IMG/VR virus record: IMGVR_UViG_2711768001_000012
Length of the DNA: 43,825 nucleotides
Source: a virus
Lineage: Duplodnaviria; Heunggongvirae; Uroviricota; Caudoviricetes
Strand: one strand, 5' to 3'
Shown: one piece after another, positions 18,490 through 27,736 of the stretch
How the letters are laid out: each line of letters starts with the position of its first letter
Numbering within the stretch: the stretch's first letter is position 1
Notes under the pieces: generated by a model
Told to the model about the DNA's origin: nothing
Database searches by the model: none
What the model saw: the letters and a program-made list of their open reading frames with translations, nothing else
Position numbers and translations under genes: made by a program

Positions 18490-18885
18490 GTGGGATTAAA
18501 GAAAATCGTTATGTTGACTTTTTGGGTCGGTTTTGTTGCGGGATGCACACCTTTACACCCTTCAGATTGCCACAAAACTACTGCTACAGGTAGTTGCAGT
18601 TCAGGACGCTGGGATGATCAGGATGAATGGGGGGCGCAAGCGCGGGGAATCAGAGCTGCAATTAATGCCAAACTTGATGAGCCGCATAACTGGAAAGGGA
18701 AAAAATGCAGGTTGCATATGGAATTCTCTCAGGATGGCACGGCGTTAAAAATATCTACCAGTAACGGTGATAAAGCCTATTGCGAAGCGATAAAGTCCGC
18801 AGCTCATAAAGCCAAATTTCCGGCCTTCAACAATCCGGAAGTCTACAGAGATTTTCAGAAATCTGGCTTTGACATGCGAGGTTAG
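18490..18885 (+). CDS. Second lipoprotein with TolA domain III-like C-terminus (paralog)
   Basis: GTG start with GAGGAG Shine-Dalgarno; signal peptide plus lipobox VAGC; C-terminus KKCRLHMEFSQDGTALKISTSNGDKAYCEAIKSAAHKAKFPAFNNPEVYRDFQKSGFDM aligns with the first lipoprotein and with TolA domain III. Confidence 0.7.
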   Translation: MGLKKIVMLTFWVGFVAGCTPLHPSDCHKTTATGSCSSGRWDDQDEWGAQARGIRAAINAKLDEPHNWKGKKCRLHMEFSQDGTALKISTSNGDKAYCEAIKSAAHKAKFPAFNNPEVYRDFQKSGFDMRG

Positions 18886-19010
18886 CTCTTCAATTACTAT
18901 ATCTCATTCATAGCAAACTGACAGATTTGATGATGTTCTATATACGAAACCTGTGATGTCAAGTCTGAGCTAATACAAATAAACATAATATCAGAGAAAT
19001 ACATTTTATT

Positions 19011-19034
19011 AGCTCGCTACGGCGAGCTTTTTAT
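19011..19034 (+). terminator. Terminator-like hairpin after second lipoprotein gene
   Basis: AGCTCGC-TACG-GCGAGCT followed by TTTTAT. Confidence 0.45.
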
Positions 19035-19136
19035 ATTGCATCGTCTCCAGCATATATATCAATTAAGGCTCTGATTGATGTGTCTGAAAGCCTACACATA
19101 ATAACTATGCCATCCGTTCCGTGCGGAGGTGAGGCT

Positions 19137-19352
19137 ATGAAATCCATGGACAAAATTTCAACAGGCATTGCCTACGGCACCTCCGCAGGCAGTGCTGGCT
19201 ACTGGTTTTTACAGTTGCTCGATAGAGTAACTCCGTCACAGTGGGCTGCAATCGGTGTGCTGGGTAGTCTGGTATTTGGCCTGCTGACGTACCTGACAAA
19301 CCTTTATTTCAAGATTAAAGAAGATAAGCGCAAGGCTGCGAGAGGTGAATAA
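19137..19352 (+). CDS. Holin (phage 21 S-like pinholin)
   Basis: 71-aa product [31 protein letters not shown]... with dual-start MKSMDK arrangement, GGAGGTGAGG Shine-Dalgarno, two transmembrane segments. Confidence 0.8.
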   Translation: MKSMDKISTGIAYGTSAGSAGYWFLQLLDRVTPSQWAAIGVLGSLVFGLLTYLTNLYFKIKEDKRKAARGE

Positions 19353-19853
19353 TGCCTCCATCATTACGAAAAGTCGTTGCTGCTGCTATTGGTGGCGGAG
19401 CAATTGCTATAGCATCAGTGTTAATCACTGGCCCAAGTGGTAACGATGGTCTGGAAGGTGTCAGCTACATACCATACAAAGATATTGTTGGTGTATGGAC
19501 TGTATGTCACGGGCATACAGGAAANNNNNNNNNNNNNNNNNNNNNNNNNNNNNNNNNNNNNNNNNNNNNNNNNNNNNNNNNNNNNNNNNNNNNNNNNNNN
19601 NNNNNNNNNNNNNNNNNNNNNNNNNNNNNNNNNNNNNNNNNNNNNNNNNNNNNNNNNNNNNNNNNNNNNNNNNNNNNNNNNNNNNNNNNNNNNNNNNNNN
19701 NNNNNNNNNNNNNNNNNNNNNNNNNNNNNNNNNNNNNNNNNNNNNNNNNNNNNNNNNNNNNNNNNNNNNNNNNNNNNNNNNNNNNNGCAATGGAAAGGTC
19801 TCATGACTCGTCGTGAGATTGAGCGTGAAATCTGTTTGTGGGGTCAGCAATGA
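19352..19853 (+). CDS. SAR endolysin (phage 21 R-like lysozyme), middle replaced by N-run
   Basis: N-terminal SAR segment [27 protein letters not shown]; the C-terminus [21 protein letters not shown] appears in a different frame after the N-run, so the N length is not frame-true. Confidence 0.8.
19525..19786. other. Run of 262 N inside the endolysin gene
   Basis: Ambiguous bases; flanking endolysin segments are in different frames. Confidence 0.99.
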
Positions 19854-20314
19854 ACAGAGTAACCGCGATTATCTCCGCTCTGGTTATCTGCATCATCGTC
19901 TGCCTGTCATGGGCTGTTAATCATTACCGTGATAACGCCATTACCTACAAAGCCCAGCGCGACAAAAATGCCAGAGAACTGAAGCTGGCGAACGCGGCAA
20001 TTACTGACATGCAGATGCGTCAGCGTGATGTTGCTGCGCTCGATGCAAAATACACGAAGGAGTTAGCTGATGCGAAAGCTGAAAATGATGCTCTGCGTGA
20101 TGATGTTGCCGCTGGTCGTCGTCGGTTGCACATCAAAGCAGTCTGTCAGTCAGTGCGTGAAGCCACCACCGCCTCCGGCGTGGATAATGCAGCCTCCCCC
20201 CGACTGGCAGACACCGCTGAACGGGATTATTTCACCCTCCGGGAACGACTGGTAATGATGCAGGCCCAACTTGAAGGTGCTCAGCAATACATAACCGAGC
20301 AGTGTTTAAAGTAA
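19850..20314 (+). CDS. Rz i-spanin (RzpR-like)
   Basis: ATG overlaps the endolysin stop (ATGA); N-terminal transmembrane segment and coiled-coil periplasmic region. Confidence 0.8.
   Translation: MNRVTAIISALVICIIVCLSWAVNHYRDNAITYKAQRDKNARELKLANAAITDMQMRQRDVAALDAKYTKELADAKAENDALRDDVAAGRRRLHIKAVCQSVREATTASGVDNAASPRLADTAERDYFTLRERLVMMQAQLEGAQQYITEQCLK
20070..20255 (+). CDS. Rz1 o-spanin lipoprotein (RzoR-like), embedded in Rz
   Basis: 61-aa ORF in the +1 frame inside Rz; lipobox VVGC and proline-rich [15 protein letters not shown]. Confidence 0.75.
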   Translation: MRKLKMMLCVMMLPLVVVGCTSKQSVSQCVKPPPPPAWIMQPPPDWQTPLNGIISPSGNDW

Positions 20315-20451
20315 AATCTTAACTACAATATGATTCATTTTGATGATTGTTTCATAAGGAACAGTGAAGTAAGATCTAAGAGGAGTTAAATTTTATACAG
20401 TATAATCATAATATTGCAGCAAGGTGGTTATAATTGAAAGAATATTTAGAT

Positions 20452-21909
20452 ATGAATACATCTCATGTAAGAGTTGTTACTCATATGTGTGGGTTCCTGG
20501 TTTGGCTCTATAGTCTTTCAATGTTGCCACCAATGGTTGTAGCATTGTTTTATAAAGAAAAAAGCCTGTTCGTTTTCTTTATAACTTTCGTTATATTTTT
20601 TTGCATTGGTGGCGGAGCGTGGTATACAACTAAGAAATCTGGCATTCAATTACGTACCCGTGATGGGTTTATTATAATTGTAATGTTTTGGATTTTGTTT
20701 TCTGTTATTAGTGCATTCCCTTTATGGATTGACTCAGAACTTAATTTAACGTTCATTGATGCTCTGTTTGAAGGGGTTTCTGGAATAACAACAACAGGAG
20801 CAACTGTAATTGATGATGTTAGTTCATTACCTCGGGCATATTTGTACTATCGGTCACAGTTAAATTTTATAGGTGGTTTAGGAGTTATTGTTCTGGCGGT
20901 TGCAGTATTGCCATTATTGGGTATTGGTGGTGCAAAGCTTTATCAGTCAGAAATGCCGGGGCCATTTAAGGATGACAAACTCACTCCCCGCCTGGCCGAT
21001 ACGTCACGGACACTGTGGATAACTTATTCTTTATTAGGTATTGCTTGTATTGTCTGTTATAGACTTGCAGGAATGCCTTTGTTTGATGCTATTTGTCACG
21101 GGATTTCCACAGTTTCGCTTGGTGGTTTCTCAACTCATAGCGAGAGTATCGGATATTTTAATAACTATTTGGTTGAGCTGGTGGCTGGTTCTTTTTCCCT
21201 GCTATCGGCTTTCAACTTCACTCTTTGGTATATTGTTATTAGCAGAAAAACGATAAAACCTTTAATCAGAGATATTGAACTTCGTTTCTTTCTGTTAATA
21301 GCCTTAGGGGTGATCATTGTTACCTCTTTCCAGGTCTGGCATATAGGTATGTATGACTTGCATGGAAGTTTTATTCATTCGTTTTTTCTTGCCAGCTCCA
21401 TGCTCACTGATAATGGTTTAGCTACGCAGGATTATGCAAACTGGCCCACGCACACGATAGTGTTTTTGCTGTTGTCAAGTTTCTTTGGGGGATGTATAGG
21501 TTCAACCTGTGGTGGAATTAAGTCACTTCGATTTCTTATACTTTTCAAACAAAGCAAACACGAGATAAATCAGCTTTCTCATCCCAGAGCGTTGTTGAGT
21601 GTAAATGTAGGAGGGAAGATAGTTACAGATCGTGTAATGAGGTCTGTATGGAGTTTCTTTTTTCTTTATACTCTCTTCACGGTGTTTTTTATACTGGTGT
21701 TAAATGGTATGGGATATGATTTTCTTACATCATTTGCAACAGTGGCTGCATGTATTAATAATATGGGATTAGGTTTTGGGGCTACTGCATCGTCATTCGG
21801 AGTGCTTAATGACATTGCAAAATATTTAATGTGCATAGCTATGATTCTTGGTCGCCTTGAAATTTATCCTGTTATTATATTGTTTTCAGGTTTTTTTTGG
21901 CGCTCCTAA
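20452..21909 (+). CDS. trkG: Trk-system potassium uptake protein TrkG
   Basis: 485-aa polytopic membrane protein from MNTSHVRVVTHMCGFLVWLYSL..., recognised as Rac-encoded TrkG; markedly AT-rich; immediately downstream of Rz/Rz1 as in Rac. Confidence 0.9.
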   Translation: MNTSHVRVVTHMCGFLVWLYSLSMLPPMVVALFYKEKSLFVFFITFVIFFCIGGGAWYTTKKSGIQLRTRDGFIIIVMFWILFSVISAFPLWIDSELNLTFIDALFEGVSGITTTGATVIDDVSSLPRAYLYYRSQLNFIGGLGVIVLAVAVLPLLGIGGAKLYQSEMPGPFKDDKLTPRLADTSRTLWITYSLLGIACIVCYRLAGMPLFDAICHGISTVSLGGFSTHSESIGYFNNYLVELVAGSFSLLSAFNFTLWYIVISRKTIKPLIRDIELRFFLLIALGVIIVTSFQVWHIGMYDLHGSFIHSFFLASSMLTDNGLATQDYANWPTHTIVFLLLSSFFGGCIGSTCGGIKSLRFLILFKQSKHEINQLSHPRALLSVNVGGKIVTDRVMRSVWSFFFLYTLFTVFFILVLNGMGYDFLTSFATVAACINNMGLGFGATASSFGVLNDIAKYLMCIAMILGRLEIYPVIILFSGFFWRS

Positions 21910-22046
21910 TATATGGCTGATTTATAATTGTGAGTTTAATATTATGTTGACTCACTCATTGATCCAATACCTAACTTTACCAGCAACACCTCCGCCCCCA
22001 GTAGCACTGGCTGCTGGGGTGCGTTTTATTCATAAAGCAAGGCTGT

Positions 22047-22835
22047 ATGAGCGAGAAATTAAAGATAGTCTATCGCCCATTACAAGAATTGTCACCGTAT
22101 GCGCACAACGCCAGGACGCACAGTACTGAGCAGGTGGCACAACTGGTAGAAAGTATTAAGCAATTCGGCTGGACTAATCCGGTGCTGATTGACGAAAAGG
22201 GCGAAATTATTGCGGGTCACGGTCGTGTTATGGCGGCTGAAATGCTCAAAATGGATTCTGTTCCGGTCATTGTTCTGTCTGGCCTGACGGATGAGCAGAA
22301 AAAGGCGTACCGCCTGGCAGATAATCGCCTGCCGATGAATGCTGGCTGGGATGAAGATCTGTTGCGGATGGAGCTGTCGGACCTAATCAATGCTGATTTT
22401 GATGTCTCCCTGACAGGCTTCATCCCGGCAGAAATTGATGAACTGTTGACGGATGTTTTGCCCGGTACAGGAAATGAGGAGGAGCCGTATACGACGAAAA
22501 TTGATACGCCTGTTTATGAGCCGTCAGGCGGTAAACCGGATATCAGTGAACTGTACGACGATACGAAAACTCAGGAGCTGATCAGCCGGATACGTTCGGC
22601 GTCCCTTGATCCTGATATTGAGAAATTCCTCCTGTGTGCAGCAGAACGTCACACGGTGTTTAATTTCAGCAGAATTGCGGACTATTACGCTCATGCCCCC
22701 GCTGAAATTCAGTGCCTTTTCGAGGAGTCGGCGCTGGTGATCATTGATTATCAGCAGGCTATTGAAAATGGATTTGTCCGAATGACGCAGCGCATGGTGG
22801 AGATCATGCATGGCGGGGAGGAGGAATATGCGTGA
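22047..22835 (+). CDS. ParB-like nuclease domain protein
   Basis: N-terminal ParB/Srx-like domain (KIVYRPLQELSPYAHNARTH...IIAGHGRVMAA); located just upstream of the terminase genes. Confidence 0.65.
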   Translation: MSEKLKIVYRPLQELSPYAHNARTHSTEQVAQLVESIKQFGWTNPVLIDEKGEIIAGHGRVMAAEMLKMDSVPVIVLSGLTDEQKKAYRLADNRLPMNAGWDEDLLRMELSDLINADFDVSLTGFIPAEIDELLTDVLPGTGNEEEPYTTKIDTPVYEPSGGKPDISELYDDTKTQELISRIRSASLDPDIEKFLLCAAERHTVFNFSRIADYYAHAPAEIQCLFEESALVIIDYQQAIENGFVRMTQRMVEIMHGGEEEYA

Positions 22836-23760
22836 TGATTTTTGCGCCTTTATTCTGACTCACGGGCGACCGGACAAAGTTCTGACTTACCGGACGTTGC
22901 GTCGTGCTGGCTATACCGGGAAAATTTTTATCGTTGTTGATGATGAAGATAAGACACGGCATCAGTACATGGCTGAATTTGGTGAACAGGTGCTGGTATT
23001 TTCCAAAGCCGATATTGCTAGTCGTTTTGACGAAGCCGATAATTTTAGTGACCGCCGCTCAATTTTTTACGCCCGTAATGCCTGTTTCGACCAGGCAAAA
23101 CTGGTCGGGTGTAAATACTTCATTCAGCTCGATGATGATTATCACGAGTTCCAGTTTCGGGTGGATCGCAACTATGACCAGGCCTATTTCCCGATAAGGA
23201 AACTGGATGAGATCCTTTCTGAAATGCTTGCGTACTACGAATCAATACCTGCTCTTTCCATCGCTATGTCGCAGGGCGGGGATTTTCTTGGTGACAATGG
23301 CGGCCATGCTTCGTGGGTGAAACGCAAGGCAATGAACAGCTTTATCTGTTCGGTTGATCGACCGTTCTCATTCATGGGGCGCATTAACGAGGATGTGAAT
23401 ACGTACACGAATCTCGGTCGCTGTGGTGAATTGTTTATGACGATCGGTGCTGTCCAGTTAGGGCAGAAACAGACGCAGAAAAACAGCGGCGGAATGACCG
23501 AGCTGTATCTGGATTCCGGAACCTACGTTAAAAGTTTTTACTCCGTCATGTATGCGCCGTCGTGCGTAAAAATCTCACTTATGGGTGCCAGTCATAAACG
23601 CATTCACCATCAGGTCACCTGGAACAACGCTGCAGTAAAAATCCTTCACGAAAAATACAGGAAGAAGACACCCTGCATATCAATGGGGGTGACAAATGAT
23701 TCCGTATTCGAAAGTCGAGTCTCTGGCAGCGTGCCGGATGACTGCACAACAAATCGCTGA
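22828..23760 (+). CDS. Hypothetical protein, possible GT-A-like glycosyltransferase fold
   Basis: ATG 22828 preceded by GGGAGGAGGA; weak motif evidence only (FILTHGRPD at N-terminus, QLDDDYHEF DxD-like). Confidence 0.4.
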   Translation: MRDDFCAFILTHGRPDKVLTYRTLRRAGYTGKIFIVVDDEDKTRHQYMAEFGEQVLVFSKADIASRFDEADNFSDRRSIFYARNACFDQAKLVGCKYFIQLDDDYHEFQFRVDRNYDQAYFPIRKLDEILSEMLAYYESIPALSIAMSQGGDFLGDNGGHASWVKRKAMNSFICSVDRPFSFMGRINEDVNTYTNLGRCGELFMTIGAVQLGQKQTQKNSGGMTELYLDSGTYVKSFYSVMYAPSCVKISLMGASHKRIHHQVTWNNAAVKILHEKYRKKTPCISMGVTNDSVFESRVSGSVPDDCTTNR

Positions 23761-23947
23761 CGTTCTGGATGTTGATCTGAACCGACTGAAAGAAAATCGG
23801 GAAGCAATGACAGATTTTTATGCGGCCATCCGTAAGGGCAGAGCGAAAGGTGAAGCCGAGTTACGAGCGGCATTGTTTAAGCTTGCCAGAAAAGGGGATG
23901 CCTTTGCTCTGCGCGAACTACTCAGGGTGGATAAAAATCAGGACTAA
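23696..23947 (+). CDS. Small hypothetical protein upstream of terminase
   Basis: 83-aa ORF with GGGGTGA Shine-Dalgarno; overlaps the 3' end of the preceding gene. Confidence 0.35.
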   Translation: MIPYSKVESLAACRMTAQQIADVLDVDLNRLKENREAMTDFYAAIRKGRAKGEAELRAALFKLARKGDAFALRELLRVDKNQD

Positions 23948-23950
23948 CTG

Positions 23951-25045
23951 ATGAGCAGACCGGACTGGGGGGCGTTGCAGCAGGAGTATATTGCTGAATA
24001 CACCCGCTCCGGTATATCTCCGGTGGCATGGTGTGAAGCAAGGGGACTGAATTACGCAACAGCCCGTCGTTACATCAAAAAAACTCCGAAAAATGCGCAG
24101 ACAGAAATGTGCAAAACTGCGCAAAAAAGTGCGCAGAAAAAATCTGCGCAGACTGCACAAAAGCGGAACGAAAAATCTCAGGAAAAAAAGCCAGTATTCG
24201 ATGCGGGCCTGAATGAGGGCGACGCGGAGGAATTTTCGTTCTGTCCCGATGAATTCGGCATTTCTGACCAGCAGGCTAAGTTTGCGATGCTTGTTGCTCA
24301 GGGTAAAAAGCCGACAGAGGCGTACCGACTAGCCGGTTATGAGGGGCAAGGTGCGACAGCTAACAGCAACGCCAGTCGTATGCTTAGAAATGCCAGGGTT
24401 TTTCGCGCTATCAGCTACTTCCGCAATCAGTACCAGAAACGCTATACCGCAGACCTGGATTTACTAGTGAGTCAGTTGATGGCTATTGTCCTGGCCGACC
24501 CCAATCAGCTTGCACAATTTCGCCGTGTTAACTGCCGTTATTGCTGGGGCGAGAATCATCTCTACCAGTGGCGCGATATAGCAGAATTCGACAAGGCAGC
24601 GGCGCAGGCTTCCAGAGATGGCAAACCCGAACCGGAATATGGAGGCCTCGGCTTTGTTGATAACGCCATACCCAATCCGGACTGCCCGAAGTGCTGCGGT
24701 GAGGGAACGGGACAGCTTTATATGGCTGATACCACTCTGCTTGATGGGGATGCGCGGCAATTATATGCAGGGGCAAAATTCGGAAAATTCGGCGTTGAGA
24801 TCCTGCTGGAGGATAAGGCTGCCGCCCGGCGTGAATTGTTGCGTTTGTTTTCTGCTGGCGGGGCTTTATGTGCAGATAAGCGGCTACGGGAACTGGAAAT
24901 TGAACGGCGCAGAATGGAAAACCAGAAGCTGCGCAAAGAGATCGAAACGGTGGAAGATAATGAACATCCCCAGCCTGTGGCGATCAATATTAATGTGGTT
25001 GATGCCAGAGTAAGGAGTGATGAAGATGATCTCTCCGACGCTTAA
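23951..25045 (+). CDS. Putative terminase small subunit
   Basis: N-terminal HTH-like region, basic linker and Cys cluster (NCRYCWGE...DCPKCCGEG); directly upstream of and overlapping the large terminase. Confidence 0.55.
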   Translation: MSRPDWGALQQEYIAEYTRSGISPVAWCEARGLNYATARRYIKKTPKNAQTEMCKTAQKSAQKKSAQTAQKRNEKSQEKKPVFDAGLNEGDAEEFSFCPDEFGISDQQAKFAMLVAQGKKPTEAYRLAGYEGQGATANSNASRMLRNARVFRAISYFRNQYQKRYTADLDLLVSQLMAIVLADPNQLAQFRRVNCRYCWGENHLYQWRDIAEFDKAAAQASRDGKPEPEYGGLGFVDNAIPNPDCPKCCGEGTGQLYMADTTLLDGDARQLYAGAKFGKFGVEILLEDKAAARRELLRLFSAGGALCADKRLRELEIERRRMENQKLRKEIETVEDNEHPQPVAININVVDARVRSDEDDLSDA

Positions 25046-26327
25046 TGTGCCTCAGGCGCGATTTCTTTCAATGCCCCATAAATTTAAAGCCTATATTGCT
25101 GGTTTTGGCTCGGGCAAAACATGGGTTGGGTGTGGCGGCATATGCAAGGGGATTTGGGAGCATCCAGGTATAAATCAGGGATATTTTGCGCCAACGTATC
25201 CCCAAATTCGCGATATTTTTTACCCTACAGTGGAAGAAGTTGCTGCTGACTGGGGATTGAACGTAAAAATTAATGAGGGAAATAAAGAGGTTCACTTTTA
25301 TTACGGACGCCAGTATCGGGGAACCACTATCTGCAGATCGATGGAGAAGCCACAAACGATCGTCGGTTTCAAAATTGGTAATGCGTTGGTGGATGAACTG
25401 GACATTTTGCCGAAGGAAAAAGCCAGAACGGCGTGGCGCAAGATAATTGCACGTATGCGTTATAAGATTGATGGACTTCGCAACGGTATTGACGTTACAA
25501 CCACGCCGGAAGGATTCAAATTTGTCTACGAGCAGTTTGTTAAAGCCGTGCGTGAAAAAACAGAGCTGGCCTCACTGTATGGTCTGGTGCAGGCATCTAC
25601 TTTCGATAATGAAAAGAACCTGCCAGCAGATTACATTCCTTCGCTTCTTGAATCATACCCTCCAGAGCTGATTAAAGCCTATCTTCGAGGACAGTTTACT
25701 AACCTGACAAGTGGTACTGTTTACCATCAGTTTGACCGGAAACTGAATAATTGCGAAGAAGTGGAGCAGCCAGGGGAGCCGATTTATATTGGGATGGATT
25801 TTAACGTTGGAAAGATGGCGGGAATCGTCCATGTGCTGCGTTTGGGGCTTCCATGTGCGGTAACTGAAATCATCAATGCCTACGATACGCCGGATATGAT
25901 CCGCATCATTAAAGAACGCTTCTGGCTGTATGATGGGAATGATTACCGGAAAGTGAGGGAAATTTATATTTATCCAGATGCTTCCGGGGATTCCAGAAAA
26001 TCAAGTAACGCAAGTACGACGGATATAGCCCAGCTTAAGCAGGCTGGTTTTAACGTTGTGGTGAACAGCTCGAACCCGCCAGTAAAAGATCGCGTTAACT
26101 CAATGAATGCAATGTTCTGCAATGCCAATGGTGAGCGTCGCTATAAAGTTAATGTGAAGCGTTGCCCGTTATATGCCGAATCTCTGGAGCAACAGGTCTG
26201 GGATGAGAAGGGGGAGCCTGATAAAAAATCTGGCAATGATCACCCGAATGATGCCGGAGGTTATTTCATCGTTAAGCAATTCCCTATTGTCAAACCGACC
26301 GGAAGAGTCACATCACTTCGGATTTAA
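25017..26327 (+). CDS. Terminase large subunit
   Basis: Walker A-like AGFGSGKTWVG near the N-terminus; 436 aa; followed by the portal gene. Confidence 0.8.
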   Translation: MMKMISPTLNVPQARFLSMPHKFKAYIAGFGSGKTWVGCGGICKGIWEHPGINQGYFAPTYPQIRDIFYPTVEEVAADWGLNVKINEGNKEVHFYYGRQYRGTTICRSMEKPQTIVGFKIGNALVDELDILPKEKARTAWRKIIARMRYKIDGLRNGIDVTTTPEGFKFVYEQFVKAVREKTELASLYGLVQASTFDNEKNLPADYIPSLLESYPPELIKAYLRGQFTNLTSGTVYHQFDRKLNNCEEVEQPGEPIYIGMDFNVGKMAGIVHVLRLGLPCAVTEIINAYDTPDMIRIIKERFWLYDGNDYRKVREIYIYPDASGDSRKSSNASTTDIAQLKQAGFNVVVNSSNPPVKDRVNSMNAMFCNANGERRYKVNVKRCPLYAESLEQQVWDEKGEPDKKSGNDHPNDAGGYFIVKQFPIVKPTGRVTSLRI

Positions 26328-26329
26328 TT

Positions 26330-27736
26330 ATGGCTGATATATCAACACCCAACCTCGACTATAACGATATGCTGGAGGCGTGGGATATTAACGACGCACT
26401 GATGGGCGGTACGCTTGAAATGCGCAGGCAGGGGGAAAATTATCTCCCAAAATGGCCTAACGAAGATGAAGACGCTTATAAAAAACGCCTGTCTGTGGCT
26501 ACGCTACTTCCTGTGTATGAAGAAAGCATCAAGCAAAATATTGGGCGCATATTTGCAGAGCCGACAGTATTGAGTGAGGAAACGCCGGCAAAAATCAGGG
26601 AATATGCAGAAAATATCGACATGGAGGGGAGCCGACTGGATGTGTGGGCGCAGCAATTTTTCAGCCTCGCATTTCAGTATGGTGTGGCACATGCGCTGGT
26701 GGACTATCCACGAACGGATATGAAAGAGATTCGGACAAAAGCCGATGAAAACGCGACCGGTGGTCGTCCGTACGTTACGATGCTGAATCCACGCCAGGTT
26801 ATTGGATGGAAATCGAAAGTTGAAAAAGGGAAAGTTGTTCTCACTGATTTGCGTATAAAAGAGGTCATCATTATTGATGGTGATGATTTCGGGCAGAAGA
26901 AGGTGGAGCAGATCCGCCATATTATGCCCCGTCGAGTTGAAATTTATCGACGTAGCGAAGGCACTAATGGCGAATCTGTCTGGACGCTTCATGAGTCATG
27001 GAATACCAGCCGTGATGATATTCCTCTGGTAACACTGTACACGAAGAAAACAGGATTTATGCGTGGTACACCGCCATTGCTTAATCTTGGCTTGCTGAAT
27101 ATCAAGCACTGGCAAAGCCAGAGCGAGCAGGACAATATTCTTCATGTTGCCCGCGTTCCATTGCTGGTGGCCTACGGGCTGGACAGGAATGAAGAACTGA
27201 CGGTTGGTGCATCCACCGCTACGATTTTTGAGGACAGAACAAAAAATGGCCTCGAATATGTTGAACATAGTGGCGCAGCGATAGAATCTGGCGAAACATC
27301 ACTTGAGAAGCTGGAAAATCAGATGCGTCATGCCGGCGCTAAACTTCTGCGTGCTGAAAATACATCCACCAAATCTGTTGATCAGACTAATGAAGAGCGA
27401 ATGCAGGAAAACTCGCCGCTTTATACAATGGCGAACTCCCTCGAAGATGCCCTCGATAATATTCTCCAGATAATGGCGGAATGGATCGGAGAGAGTTGCG
27501 GTGGCAATGTGGATGTGCGCACTGAACTGGATGTATCTGCCCAGGTGTTTGACTCATCCTCCGCGCTGGCTGTTCAGTCATTGCGTCAGGGCGGTGATAT
27601 ACGTCAGATTGATGCGGTTCGGGTGTTGCAGGCGTTGAAATTTATCGATCAGGATTCCCGTCCAGAGGAAGTGATCGATGAATTAAAAAATCAGAGTGTA
27701 ATGCTGATGGAAATCAATGATGCAAACCGTGAATGA
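26330..27736 (+). CDS. Portal protein
   Basis: 468-aa ORF immediately after the large terminase; size and position typical of portal. Confidence 0.7.
   Translation: MADISTPNLDYNDMLEAWDINDALMGGTLEMRRQGENYLPKWPNEDEDAYKKRLSVATLLPVYEESIKQNIGRIFAEPTVLSEETPAKIREYAENIDMEGSRLDVWAQQFFSLAFQYGVAHALVDYPRTDMKEIRTKADENATGGRPYVTMLNPRQVIGWKSKVEKGKVVLTDLRIKEVIIIDGDDFGQKKVEQIRHIMPRRVEIYRRSEGTNGESVWTLHESWNTSRDDIPLVTLYTKKTGFMRGTPPLLNLGLLNIKHWQSQSEQDNILHVARVPLLVAYGLDRNEELTVGASTATIFEDRTKNGLEYVEHSGAAIESGETSLEKLENQMRHAGAKLLRAENTSTKSVDQTNEERMQENSPLYTMANSLEDALDNILQIMAEWIGESCGGNVDVRTELDVSAQVFDSSSALAVQSLRQGGDIRQIDAVRVLQALKFIDQDSRPEEVIDELKNQSVMLMEINDANRE

Noticed and set aside
26504-26992. 162-aa minus-strand ORF inside the portal gene
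   Set aside because: Antisense to the portal coding sequence, with no independent support
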